NCBI GenBank assembly: GCA_038245785.1 | Contig: JBBRSB010000006.1 | Location: forward strand, 64,001 to 128,000 | Direction of reading: 5' to 3' | Length of the DNA stretch: 64,000 bases | Source of the DNA: Gloeobacterales cyanobacterium | GTDB taxonomy: Bacteria > Cyanobacteriota > Cyanobacteriia > Gloeobacterales > PMM-0068 | Part shown: positions 1 through 9,849 of the stretch, one piece after another | Layout: each line of letters opens with the position of its first letter | Numbering within the stretch: position 1 is the first letter of the stretch | Program-made: the position numbers and the translations under genes | The notes under the pieces: model-generated | Told to the model about the DNA's origin: nothing | Database searches by the model: none | Seen by the model: the letters and a program-made list of their open reading frames with translations, nothing else

Positions 1-888
1 TGGTTAGTCGAAAAATTAGATAGCTTACCCTATCCAACTTACCTGATTCCAGGAAATCACGATGCACCTGATTGGGATTCCCATGGGCAATGGTTAGGAC
101 TCAAAAATTTTCCGCTTGCTTATAAAAATTTTGGCTATGAAAAAAATCGACTTTATTACGCTATAGAAGTAGCATCTGATGTTCATCTCATTGGTCTCAA
201 TTCCAATCAATTCTTGTGTGTAAGCAATCAGGTGACGGGAGCTATTGATAGCGAACAATATAACTGGCTGGAAACAACACTAAAGATGCTAAAAGGCAAA
301 TTAGTGATGGTTATGGTCCATCACAACGTTTTAGAACATATTCCTATGCAAGCTCGCCACCCAATGACCAAGATGTATATCATTGAGGAACATGAACGGC
401 TCGTGCACTTACTCAGAAGCTATGGGGTTAAACTAGTTTTCACAGGGCATTTTCATATGCAGGATATTGCACAGTCAAAAGGACTCTATGATATCACTAC
501 AGGCTCTCTAGTCGGTTATCCGCATCCTTATAGGATTTGTGAAATGGATGATCAAGAAATAAAGATCAGATCGCATCAAATTACTTCTCTAGAGCAATGG
601 CCTGACTTACATAAAGTTTCTCTAGAACGGATGCAATCTCTTAGTGATGCCTATATGATTAAACTTCTGACATCTCCTCCACTATCTATTTCTTTAGAAA
701 GAGCAAAACAATTTGCCCCCCACTTGCGCTTTTTTTGGCCTAAGATAGTTGCAGGAAATGCTCAGTTTTCTCTACCCAATTTTCCATTGCCTATACAAAT
801 GTTTTTCAATCAATTCAACGATCGTCCTCCCGATGATAATAATGTAATACTCCCTCTACATACCTCTATAAATTCTTCCCCAAATTGA
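1..888 (+). CDS. Metallophosphoesterase (calcineurin-like), 5' end outside the window
   Basis: Frame 1 is open from base 1 (WLVEKLDSLPYPTYLIPGNHD); carries GNHD, MVHH and TGHFH motifs. Confidence 0.85.
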   Translation, partial: WLVEKLDSLPYPTYLIPGNHDAPDWDSHGQWLGLKNFPLAYKNFGYEKNRLYYAIEVASDVHLIGLNSNQFLCVSNQVTGAIDSEQYNWLETTLKMLKGKLVMVMVHHNVLEHIPMQARHPMTKMYIIEEHERLVHLLRSYGVKLVFTGHFHMQDIAQSKGLYDITTGSLVGYPHPYRICEMDDQEIKIRSHQITSLEQWPDLHKVSLERMQSLSDAYMIKLLTSPPLSISLERAKQFAPHLRFFWPKIVAGNAQFSLPNFPLPIQMFFNQFNDRPPDDNNVILPLHTSINSSPN

Positions 889-891
889 TCT

Positions 892-1416
892 ATGCATTGG
901 AAAACTCTTGACTCTCAATATGCTCTTAACCATCCCTGGATGAAAGTTCGAAAGGATATCTGTGAACTGCCAGATGGAACTCTTATTGATGACTACTACT
1001 GGATAGAATCTCCCGACAATGCTCTAGTCGTGCCCATCACAGCACAGGGAGATGTAGTGGTTGTCAGACAGTACAAACATGGAGCGAAAGAAGTTCTGGT
1101 AGAATTTCCTGGAGGTGTCTTGAATTCTGAAGAAGAGGCACTGGCAGGAGCACAACGCGAGCTTTTAGAAGAGACTGGCTATGGGGACGGCATTTGGACA
1201 TTCCTGGATGCTGTCTATACAGGTCCCACCAAATCTCCAGCCAGAACTCATATTTTTTTGGTAGAGGGTGTAGTTTTTAAACAAGCGCAGGCACTTGACC
1301 CGGAGGAACGAATAGAGGTGCTGACCATAGAGTGGGAACTACTAAACATGCTGGGTATAAAGACTTGTAACTCCAGCTTAGCGCTGCGTCTAGCAGCAGA
1401 GAAAATGGGTTTGTAG
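892..1416 (+). CDS. NUDIX hydrolase (ADP-ribose pyrophosphatase-like)
   Basis: Nudix box GGVLNSEEEALAGAQRELLEETG. Confidence 0.9.
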   Translation: MHWKTLDSQYALNHPWMKVRKDICELPDGTLIDDYYWIESPDNALVVPITAQGDVVVVRQYKHGAKEVLVEFPGGVLNSEEEALAGAQRELLEETGYGDGIWTFLDAVYTGPTKSPARTHIFLVEGVVFKQAQALDPEERIEVLTIEWELLNMLGIKTCNSSLALRLAAEKMGL

Positions 1417-1546
1417 CTCACATACAATTTGTTTTCATGCTGCCCAAAGATGCATGAAAGCGCTACTGTGTAGAATGTAGCCCGTTAAGGGCGCATGGTC
1501 CATTTGCGTTCATTGGAACTGCATCGCATCGTCCGTTAGGAGTTAT

Positions 1547-1942
1547 ATGGAAGATACTCTATTACTCTGCCAGGTATCCTTGGGCAGTTTGACTTTGCAG
1601 GGTTACCGTATCGGTCGCCAGTACCTCATCGTTGCCTATGGAGTCCAGGCAGAAGGAAAACCGACACGGTATATCTTCGAAGAATTTGAAGATATGAACC
1701 GTCTTTGGCTGAATTTGAAAGAAAAAACGGAACAAGAAGCGAAGCAAATTCTGGCCGGAAAGCAAGAGGGATTACAAGCACGACGCCGTTCATTCACTTC
1801 AGCAGCGGCTCGCCAAGAAGGGCAAGGATCGAGGCCCGAACGCCCTGCTTTTTCAGATAACAGTCCTCGACGCTACGCAACAGGAATCGAAGCGACCCAT
1901 AAGGATCGGCCAACCCGTTCCTTCCGTCCGCGTGGCTCTTGA
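1547..1942 (+). CDS. Hypothetical protein with Arg/Ser-rich C-terminus
   Basis: 131-aa ORF with strong AGGAG RBS; no family recognised. Confidence 0.7.
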   Translation: MEDTLLLCQVSLGSLTLQGYRIGRQYLIVAYGVQAEGKPTRYIFEEFEDMNRLWLNLKEKTEQEAKQILAGKQEGLQARRRSFTSAAARQEGQGSRPERPAFSDNSPRRYATGIEATHKDRPTRSFRPRGS

Positions 1943-1993
1943 CATACAATTTGTTAACTATCTAACAAATTAAACTGTGAGAGGCTCCAAGGG

Positions 1994-2806
1994 ATGTCCC
2001 CTATTATCCGTTTGACGCTTCTGGTCAGCACCCTCATGCTTGCCAGCGGAGCTGCCTTTACTCAGCCAAATCCAAATTCTCCACCGATCAGCAAAGAAAC
2101 TTCTGCAGCCTGCAACAAGAAAAAATTATTCACTCTTAAAGAACAACAGTGGCAAGGTAGTGGAGCACCCGTTGTACGCTCTACCTATCAGGTGGCAGGC
2201 AAGCCAGGCTTTTTCTTTACTTCGGGAATGACCATTTATGCAGATGGTTCTTACCGCGCATTTCATCGCATATCCAAGAGGGGTATCGATGATCTTGCCA
2301 ATGCTGGAAGACCAAGCAACTGGTGGGGGCTGGTAACGAATACCGGGGAACCTGAAGGCAAACCTGTAGTCCAAGGCCCTAACGACCCTGCTCCTGGATT
2401 TTATATCTCCCAAACAGGCATGGAAGACACCACCAAAAGAGAAACAGACCCAAAGCGGTATATGGATGCAGAAACTATTCCCTACATAGTGCTCTCAGGC
2501 ACTAGTGCACAAAATCCTGGGGCCACCTTTGGTGACTACGCCGTTGTATTTAATAACAAAAACAGGAAATATACCTACGCTGTCTATGGTGATAACTGGC
2601 CTACCGTCAAAATTGGTGAAGGTTCAGTAGCACTAGCTAAAGCTTTAGATATCCCGGCTAACCCTAGAGATGGTGGCGTTGAAGAGAGGATAACCTATCT
2701 CATCTTCCCAAAATCCCGGACTAACCCCTGGCGCTCAGAAGAAAACGTAGACGATATTCGTGTTGAAGCTGAGAAAAAGTTCATAGATTGGGGAGGCATC
2801 GAATAA
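1994..2806 (+). CDS. Secreted glycoside hydrolase family 75 (chitosanase-like) protein
   Basis: Signal peptide; motifs YMDAETIPYIVL, GDYAVV and YGD...KIGEGSVALAKAL. Confidence 0.75.
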   Translation: MSPIIRLTLLVSTLMLASGAAFTQPNPNSPPISKETSAACNKKKLFTLKEQQWQGSGAPVVRSTYQVAGKPGFFFTSGMTIYADGSYRAFHRISKRGIDDLANAGRPSNWWGLVTNTGEPEGKPVVQGPNDPAPGFYISQTGMEDTTKRETDPKRYMDAETIPYIVLSGTSAQNPGATFGDYAVVFNNKNRKYTYAVYGDNWPTVKIGEGSVALAKALDIPANPRDGGVEERITYLIFPKSRTNPWRSEENVDDIRVEAEKKFIDWGGIE

Positions 2807-2919
2807 CTCATGGCTTGTGTAAAATAATTCACTTTGATGTTGTGTATATTTGAAGTCTTTATTGCTGAAAATTATTCTCGGTATTCCAACCACCAGTGAT
2901 CTTTTTTGGGCAGCGTAAC

Positions 2920-3468
2920 ATGGCAAAATTTTATCCAAAACTAACCGATGATCTATGTGCATTTATTGCACAACAATATATTTTTTTTACTGCAACGGCA
3001 CCGCTTCATGGTCGCATTAACTTATCTCCTAAAGGCATTGATACTTTTCGTTGCTTAGATCACCAGAGCGTAGCTTATCTAGACCTGACCGGTAGCGGCA
3101 ACGAAACCAGTGCCCATTTAGCAGAAAATGGACGTCTAACGATTATGTTTTGCAGCTTCACAGAGGAGCCCTTAATCTTGCGCTTGTATGGTCAGGGGAA
3201 AGTCCTGAGACCCAGGGATGAGTCGTGGGAAAAAATGTACCCCCTATTCGAGTCCATACCTGGGACACGGCAAATCATCCAACTTGATATCGATTCTGTA
3301 CAAACTTCCTGTGGATTTGGGGTGCCTCTATATATTTACCAGGAAGAACGAGAAACGCTTGTTCGCTGGGCGGCCCATAAAGGAAAAAAGGGAATTCGGG
3401 AGTATTGGCACCAGAAAAATCGAACAAGCATTGATGGTCTACCAACCCGTCTTTTGACAGAAGACTAG
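2920..3468 (+). CDS. Pyridoxamine 5'-phosphate oxidase family (FMN-binding) protein
   Basis: FFTATAP...INLSPKG, DLTGSGNETSAH, VQTSCGFGVP; ATG at 2920. Confidence 0.85.
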   Translation: MAKFYPKLTDDLCAFIAQQYIFFTATAPLHGRINLSPKGIDTFRCLDHQSVAYLDLTGSGNETSAHLAENGRLTIMFCSFTEEPLILRLYGQGKVLRPRDESWEKMYPLFESIPGTRQIIQLDIDSVQTSCGFGVPLYIYQEERETLVRWAAHKGKKGIREYWHQKNRTSIDGLPTRLLTED

Positions 3469-3679
3469 GCAATAGTATGGAGGTAGATAAAGTTGGGAAG
3501 CTAGACAAGTCTTCAAAGAACGAATTTCAAGAATTTTTCAGCATTACTCGTCAAATTTGATACCAACCCAAACTTAATCACATGAAATGCTTAAAGTTGA
3601 TATATTTATAAAGCTTGCTACTGTGTCAAAAACACGGTACAAAAGGGCACAATAACCGCACAAGGTGTGAGGAACGCGG

Positions 3680-4908
3680 GTGAACACTGGGTTTAAGTTA
3701 TTGATTGGCGGTGGTTTGGCTACGGTTTTTTTTTGCACGGAATTTCCCCTGTAGCCGCAGGACCCTTGCTGGATGACTTTTTGGGACAAATTAGAGCCAA
3801 TCGTCTCAATCCTCAGATCCAAGGTATTTTGCTGGTAGATCAAGAAGGCCACATCTTGGAAGGAAATCAGTCACAGGCACTCCTGCCGGCAGCTTCTGTC
3901 ACCAAGCTAGCGACGACCTTGGCCGTCATGGACCGCTGGGGCGCTGACCACCAATTTGAAACTCGGATATACGGCGATGGCCCAATAGAGGCTGGAGTCC
4001 TCCAAGGAAATCTCTATGTCCAGGGAGGGCAAGACCCCTTCTTTCTCTGGCAAGATGCGCTAGATATTGCTCACCAACTCGAACAACTGGGTATTCAGCA
4101 AGTAACAGGAGATCTCGTTATTGAAGGTCCCTTCTGGATGAATTTTTCTACGGACGGGCTGAAAAGTGCCTCATCGCTCAAAACAGCGTTAGACAGCAGT
4201 AAGTGGACACCCAGACTCTGGAATCTGTACGGTCCCTATGCCGCTCCCAATATTCATATCAATGGTGCAGTACGTACTGGCATGCGTCCTCCGGCAACAG
4301 GGGATAAACCGCTTGCGGTTCATGTCTCTCGCCCTTTATGGAAAGTTGCCAAACAGATGAATGCATATAGCTCTAACATCATGGCAAAATTCTTGGGAGA
4401 GACTTTGGGAGGGCCTCGTGGAGTAGAGCAACAGCTGCGCAATACCTATCCGAATATAGGACCATTTACGCTCCAAACGGCATCAGGTTTGGGTCGAGAA
4501 AACAGATTCTCCACCGAATCTGTAGTCTTCATTATCAACGCTTTAGAACAGCGAATGAAGCACTTGGGCATGAATTTGACCGATGTCATGGCGGTGAAAG
4601 GCCTAGACCCAGGAACTTTGGCTAGACGAGGAATGCCCGATGGAGTAGTCGCTAAAACAGGCACCTTAAACAAGGTCAGTTGTCTAGCAGGAGTGGTCCA
4701 AACCGGTGCCTATGGTCCATTGCGCTTTGTATTGCTAAATCAAGGCTCTGTATCCAAACTACGCAAACTTCAAGACTGGTTTTTGCGTCTGGTGCAGTAC
4801 TACTATGGGGGCAACACGGCCATAACTTCAGTCCCGATCCAGAATAACCAACCGGAAAAAGCGATTGCGGACCCCGCGATGGAAGAAGGAGAATTGATAC
4901 CTCAGTGA
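3680..4908 (+). CDS. dacB: D-alanyl-D-alanine carboxypeptidase/endopeptidase (PBP4, peptidase S13); signal peptide out of frame at a T9 run
   Basis: SVTK, SSN and KTG motifs in ORF 3733-4908; upstream GTG at 3680 with RBS encodes a signal peptide one base out of frame. Confidence 0.85.
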
Positions 4909-5019
4909 GCATAGGGAAATATATCTTGAGCAGGTCAGCCTATAATCGCTTAGGGGCAGCAGCATAGCCCTTTGAGCCTCCGCTCACAAGATAGGAAAAA
5001 ATACAGGATAGCGCGTCCC

Positions 5020-5526
5020 ATGATCCTGAAAGCAAAACTGGAAGCACTCTTATATATCAAGGCCCGACCTCTGGGCTTGGAGGAATTGGCCCGTCTAGCA
5101 CTTTGTAGCAAAGAGGAAGTGTACGACGGCCTTTCAGAACTCATTGATGACTACAGCTATCGAGAAAGTGCGCTTGAAGTAGTAGAAACGGACCAGGGGT
5201 TTGCCCTACAGCTCAGGCCTGGATATGAAAGTTTGGTCCAAGAACACGTCCCTGCCGAGTTAGGAGTTGGAGCCCAACGCACTTTAGCCCTTATCGCTTT
5301 GAGAGGACCGCTCACACAAAGTGAATTGATCGATCTACGGGGCTCAGGAGCCTATGACCAGGTTCGCGACCTTGTCCGCTTAGGATTTATCTCTAAGAAC
5401 AAAGAGAGTGCCGGGCGTTCTTATCGTCTGCGCGTTACTGACAAATTTCACCAATACTTTGCTGTGACTGATATTAAAGCGCTCTTGGATTCTGAGGAAA
5501 CTGCAGCTCAGCCTCAATCCACTTGA
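5020..5526 (+). CDS. scpB: SMC-Scp complex subunit ScpB
   Basis: KLEALLY, RTLALIALRGPLTQSELIDLRG, VTDKFHQYF. Confidence 0.9.
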   Translation: MILKAKLEALLYIKARPLGLEELARLALCSKEEVYDGLSELIDDYSYRESALEVVETDQGFALQLRPGYESLVQEHVPAELGVGAQRTLALIALRGPLTQSELIDLRGSGAYDQVRDLVRLGFISKNKESAGRSYRLRVTDKFHQYFAVTDIKALLDSEETAAQPQST

Positions 5527-5578
5527 CATCAAGCCACTCAATTCATCAGAATATAGATATGTTCCAAAGAGAGAAAAA

Positions 5579-5911
5579 ATGCTTTTTCCCTTTAACTCGG
5601 ATAAGACCTTAGCAGAAAATCCTTTTAGTGCTTACTTGAAAGAGCAAGATCAAGAGGCCTTGGCCGCACTAGCTCAAGAAATTTCTCTGGAAGTCCGGCA
5701 AGCTATGTCTAGCAGTATCCAGGGTGTGGCAGGAATTTTGCCGCCAGAGCAATTTGCAGTGCACATCACTACTTCTAGAGAGAATTTATTGGGGTTACTG
5801 TCTTCAGCGATGATGACCGGCTACTTTTTCCATAACCTTGAGCAGCGTTATTTGCTGGAGCATCGTTTAGCACTGGATGTGGCTCCCCCTGAGCAATCAT
5901 CGGATGCGTAG
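5579..5911 (+). CDS. DUF760 family protein
   Basis: LPPEQFAVHITTSRENLLGLLSSAMMTGYF motif. Confidence 0.8.
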   Translation: MLFPFNSDKTLAENPFSAYLKEQDQEALAALAQEISLEVRQAMSSSIQGVAGILPPEQFAVHITTSRENLLGLLSSAMMTGYFFHNLEQRYLLEHRLALDVAPPEQSSDA

Positions 5912-6011
5912 CTTATGTGAAACCCAAGCTAGAATTACGGTGCAGCTTTTGAACAGTCAAGGCAGTGGACACGGTCCCCAAAATCCTGATATGTTTGATA
6001 GCTGCACATGT

Positions 6012-6087
6012 GCGCTCTTAGTTCAGTTGGTAGAACGCAGGTCTCCAAAACCTGATGTCGGGGGTTCAAGTCCTCCAGGGCGCGCCA
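6012..6087 (+). tRNA. trnW: tRNA-Trp (CCA), 3' CCA encoded
   Basis: Cloverleaf: acceptor GCGCTCT/AGGGCGC, anticodon loop CTCCAAA, GGTTCAAGTCC T-arm; canonical position before secE. Confidence 0.97.
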
Positions 6088-6115
6088 GCACCTCATATTC
6101 TTAGGAGCGTGCCCT

Positions 6116-6349
6116 GTGGCAACGAAACCGAGTGCTTCTGAAGACACTCCCCCCGCTGCACCCATTCAGAAGTTCAATCCGACGCGGCTCTATACAGAGG
6201 TGCGGGAAGAACTTTCTAAGGTAGTGTGGCCAGACCGCCAGAAAGTAATCAGCGAATCGGCCGCAGTGATCCTCATAGTGGCAGCTTCTGCTAGTTTTAT
6301 TTACCTGGTGGATTCCTTATTTATCTTTATCGCCAGCAAAGTGTTTTAG
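6116..6349 (+). CDS. secE: Preprotein translocase subunit SecE
   Basis: EVREELSKVVWP plus TM helix; lies between trnW and nusG. Confidence 0.95.
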   Translation: MATKPSASEDTPPAAPIQKFNPTRLYTEVREELSKVVWPDRQKVISESAAVILIVAASASFIYLVDSLFIFIASKVF

Positions 6350-6958
6350 GTGTTTTCAATGGTCAACCTTGCCAATCTCGCGAAAGACTCCGGCAGCAAA
6401 TCTCGCTGGTATGCCGTACAGGTAGCTTCTGGATGTGAGAAGAAGGTCAAAGCCAACCTTTTACAACGAATTCAGACCTTGGATGTAGCGGACCGTATTC
6501 TCCAGATTCAGATTCCAGAACGTCCTGCTATCAAAATCAAGAAAGATGGCAGCCGCGCCTCTTCAGAAGAGAAAATTTTTCCAGGCTATGTCTTGATTGA
6601 AATGGTCATGGATGATCATGTTTGGTCAGTAGTCAAAAATACACCCAACGTAATTAACTTTGTCGGCACGGAAGAAAAACGCCGCTACGGCAGAGGGAGA
6701 GGCCATGTGACGCCCCGCCCCCTAGAGCCCACGGAAATGCGTCGAATCTTTATCAGCGCCGAAGAAGAGACTCCTATTATCAAAGTGGACTTGGCCGCTG
6801 GCGATCATATTGAAGTCACCTCCGGGCCTTTCCAAGATTTCAGTGGCGAAGTGGTAGAAGTCAGCCCAGAGCGAGGAAAACTCAAGGCTCTTATTTCTAT
6901 CTTTGGCCGCGACACGCCTGTAGAACTAGAATTCAACCAAGTCCATAAGGTGGACTAG
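6350..6958 (+). CDS. nusG: Transcription termination/antitermination factor NusG
   Basis: RWYAVQVASGCEKKV, IFPGYVL, KOW domain, SIFGRDTPVELEF. Confidence 0.97.
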   Translation: MFSMVNLANLAKDSGSKSRWYAVQVASGCEKKVKANLLQRIQTLDVADRILQIQIPERPAIKIKKDGSRASSEEKIFPGYVLIEMVMDDHVWSVVKNTPNVINFVGTEEKRRYGRGRGHVTPRPLEPTEMRRIFISAEEETPIIKVDLAAGDHIEVTSGPFQDFSGEVVEVSPERGKLKALISIFGRDTPVELEFNQVHKVD

Positions 6959-7006
6959 GGTGGCAGCAGGGTACTCTAAGTGCAGTTTTGCTGCAGCTTT
7001 TCATCC

Positions 7007-7369
7007 ATGAGAATCACCCCCGCCCCAAATCACGAAGTCGCTATCTATCTACCGTACTATCCGCCCTCTCGTAGGCCTTTTTTACCCATGGCCTTGGGAT
7101 TGTACAAGCAGTCTTCACTGGAAGGCAGGCGCAGGATTGAAGGAGCCGAGGGCTTGGGATTCGTCGCAACCTGGGGCACTAAGTCTTTGCCTTCCGATGT
7201 TACGGAGTGCCGGGTTAAGTTCCTCACAGATGAACAAACCATAGACTATGAAGTCGCCTTCCAGAACGTAGAATTTTTGGGCTATCTTATCGAGATGGTT
7301 CAGTCCATTGAGTCCGGTAATGCTCCTGATTTTCCTCAGAGCTTTTACCGGAAATTATTGGGTTTTTGA
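7007..7369 (+). CDS. ebsA: Type IV pilus biogenesis protein EbsA
   Basis: YLPYY..RRPFLPMALGLY..SSLEGRRRIEG..FVATW..LPSD..C...DFPQSFYRKLLG matches the cyanobacterial EbsA pattern as I recall it. Confidence 0.85.
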   Translation: MRITPAPNHEVAIYLPYYPPSRRPFLPMALGLYKQSSLEGRRRIEGAEGLGFVATWGTKSLPSDVTECRVKFLTDEQTIDYEVAFQNVEFLGYLIEMVQSIESGNAPDFPQSFYRKLLGF

Positions 7370-8297
7370 GCCACCTTTGGAGCACTGGTTTGACCTGAGG
7401 TTTGACCCAAGAGTAGTGTTGGGCATAAACCGGAAGCCGACGAACCAGGTGCCAATGGCTAGCCTCAAGTCGTGCAGCCAAGTCATGGATTAGAGGATGA
7501 TCGTAGTCGGGATTGACTACATCCACAGGACCAATACCGCCGAGGTCTGTCGCGCCCGCTTGCAGGAAAGGAACCAATTCACGGACAAGATTGGGTGGGA
7601 TCTGAAGAGTGATATCTGGGGCCAAGATAGAACGCGCTAGAGAAACCAGTTCCAAAAGATGCTTGTCTTGGAAAGACGCTCCAGCCCAGACTTGTTGCCC
7701 ACCCGGCTGGTGCGGTTGGAGAATTACCTCTTGGATATGACCGTATTGTTGATGGGCCACCTGAATAGTTTCAAGCGTCTGGAGCGTATCTTCCAGCGTT
7801 TCACCAATCCCAAGCAGTACGCCTGTTGTGAAGGGAATCTTTAGCGCACCAGCCCAATGGAGTTGTTGTGCGCGCACTTCAGGAACTTTGCTCGGAGCGT
7901 GCTTATGGACTTCGAGAGAGACCATTTGCTCTAACATAAGCCCCATGGAGCTATTCACTTCAGCCAAAGCCTGCATTTCTACATAGGAGAGGATGCCAGC
8001 ATTGGTATGGGGCAAAAATCCGAGGGAAAGGGCAATCCTGCAGGTTTCCAGGAGCATTTCCAACCAGGCTCTTCGCCTAGGATCTTTAGGATGCACCTCT
8101 CCGCTAAGTACAAGGATTTCAATAATGCCTGTGCCGACGAGGGGCTTCAATAGTTCATAAGTCTTTTCTGGCGTAATCCAATCAGCGCCGTAGTCTTGTC
8201 GAAAGTTGCAGTAACTACAGCGGTTAAAGCACTCATAGGTGGGCACGAGCGTGAAAGAGGGGCTATAGGTAACTGTTCTAGTTAAAGTAGGATTCAA
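7287..8297 (-). CDS. cofG: FO synthase subunit 1 (radical SAM)
   Basis: VTYSPSFTLVPTYECFNRCSYCNF (CxxxCxxC), PHTNAG, IQIPPN-like TLQIPPNL, DLGGI; TTG start at 8297 inferred. Confidence 0.9.
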   Translation of the reverse strand: MNPTLTRTVTYSPSFTLVPTYECFNRCSYCNFRQDYGADWITPEKTYELLKPLVGTGIIEILVLSGEVHPKDPRRRAWLEMLLETCRIALSLGFLPHTNAGILSYVEMQALAEVNSSMGLMLEQMVSLEVHKHAPSKVPEVRAQQLHWAGALKIPFTTGVLLGIGETLEDTLQTLETIQVAHQQYGHIQEVILQPHQPGGQQVWAGASFQDKHLLELVSLARSILAPDITLQIPPNLVRELVPFLQAGATDLGGIGPVDVVNPDYDHPLIHDLAARLEASHWHLVRRLPVYAQHYSWVKPQVKPVLQRWLKNPIISGKSSEENQEHYRTQWTEPSR

Positions 8298-8379
8298 GAG
8301 CAGACTATTTTTAGGAATTAACCCTATTGTGAAGGATAGATAAGCGATCATGAACCTTAGCCTCACCCACCAACCCCCT

Positions 8380-9111
8380 ATGAATAAGCACATTCTAAAA
8401 ACTATTGCCGTTTCTCTGCTCCTCACGCTGGCCACTCAAGGCCATGTTCTGGCCCAAACCCTCCCTGTCCCCAGTAGCCTAATCACATTGAACTCCGGCG
8501 AAGGGGAACAATTACTGCTAGAGAGTAAGACCCGTGAAGATTATTGGCCTTTAAGCCTTCAGTTTGTCAGTCAAAAAAATGGAGCTTATTGTGGGGTAGC
8601 CAGCAGCGTGATGGTATTGAATGCTCTAGCGGTCCCAGCCCCTAGTGCTCCTGAGTTGGGCCCCTATAAAACCTTCACCCAAGAAAATTTTTTCAACGAA
8701 CAGAATCAAAAATTCTTACCTGCTGAAGTCGTCTCCCGCCAAGGCATGACCCTCGACCAATTGAGCAAGCTCTTAGAAGCCTATCCGGTGAAGACAGAAA
8801 TTCATCATGGAGATCAAAGCAGCCTCGAAGAATTTCGCAAAATATCAGCCAATATCCTCAAAGAACCGAATAACTTTGTCTTGGTCAACTATCTGCGCAA
8901 AGCGATTGGTCAGGAAACAGGAGGCCATATTTCACCGCTGGCAGCCTACAGCGAAAAGACAGACCGTTTCTTGATTTTGGATGTTTCGCGCTACAAGTAT
9001 CCGCCGGTCTGGGTTAAAGCGGCAGAGCTTTGGAAATCGATGAATACGATGGACACCGACTCAGGTAAAACTCGTGGATTTATCGTAGTGAGCACCCTCA
9101 AACCCACTTGA
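8380..9111 (+). CDS. Exported prokaryotic phytochelatin synthase family protein
   Basis: Signal peptide; Cys-His-Asp triad in AYCGVAS, GGHISP and LILDVSRYKYPP. Confidence 0.9.
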   Translation: MNKHILKTIAVSLLLTLATQGHVLAQTLPVPSSLITLNSGEGEQLLLESKTREDYWPLSLQFVSQKNGAYCGVASSVMVLNALAVPAPSAPELGPYKTFTQENFFNEQNQKFLPAEVVSRQGMTLDQLSKLLEAYPVKTEIHHGDQSSLEEFRKISANILKEPNNFVLVNYLRKAIGQETGGHISPLAAYSEKTDRFLILDVSRYKYPPVWVKAAELWKSMNTMDTDSGKTRGFIVVSTLKPT

Positions 9112-9239
9112 GTAGATACAGTCATTTGCATTCACCTGAAAAGCAGGCTGAGACAAGACGAAGAAAGAGTCAGGAAGTATCTCCTGTACCGTAGCTTCCT
9201 AGGAATATAATTAGATACACAAAACGCCTAACCGAACCT

Positions 9240-9773
9240 GTGAAGCATACGTTATCTGTCTTAGTAGAAGATGAAGCTGGAGTCCTGACTCGGATTGCAG
9301 GGCTTTTTGCCCGCCGAGGCTTCAATATTGAAAGTCTGGCCGTGGGTCCAGCAGAGCAATCTGGGGTTTCTCGGATCACGATGGTCGTGCCGGGCGATCA
9401 GCAAGCCGTAGAGCAAATGACGAAGCAGCTCTATAAGCTGGTCAACGTGCTTAAAGTCTTAGATATCACCGAAAAGCCTTGTGTAGAGCGGGAACTAATG
9501 CTGCTCAAGGTGAATGCCAACCCCAATACCCGCCGAGAAATCATTGAAATTGCCAATATTTTCCGAGCACAGGTGGTGGATTTGGGAGAAGACTCTCTGA
9601 CCATTCAGGTGGTCGGCGATCCAGGGAAAATGGTGGCCACCATCCAAATGCTCAATAAATTTGGCATCCGAGAAATCGCACGGACAGGAAAGTTGGCTCT
9701 CGTCAGGGAATCTGGAGTCAACACCGAGTACCTAAAAATTCGCCCTAATCCTCTAGCTAAACTTGGGGTTTGA
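9240..9773 (+). CDS. ilvN: Acetolactate synthase small subunit
   Basis: [31 protein letters not shown] (ACT domain), EIARTG. Confidence 0.97.
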   Translation: MKHTLSVLVEDEAGVLTRIAGLFARRGFNIESLAVGPAEQSGVSRITMVVPGDQQAVEQMTKQLYKLVNVLKVLDITEKPCVERELMLLKVNANPNTRREIIEIANIFRAQVVDLGEDSLTIQVVGDPGKMVATIQMLNKFGIREIARTGKLALVRESGVNTEYLKIRPNPLAKLGV

Positions 9774-9849
9774 ACTATTTCGGGAATTTAATGGAACAAA
9801 ACACTGACCTAGACGTTGATTACACTGGGTAATAGAGTTAGCAACACCA

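Noticed and set aside
5877..6165. ORFs 5877-6104 (+) and 5935-6165 (-)
   Set aside because: They overlap tRNA-Trp and secE; shadow ORFs
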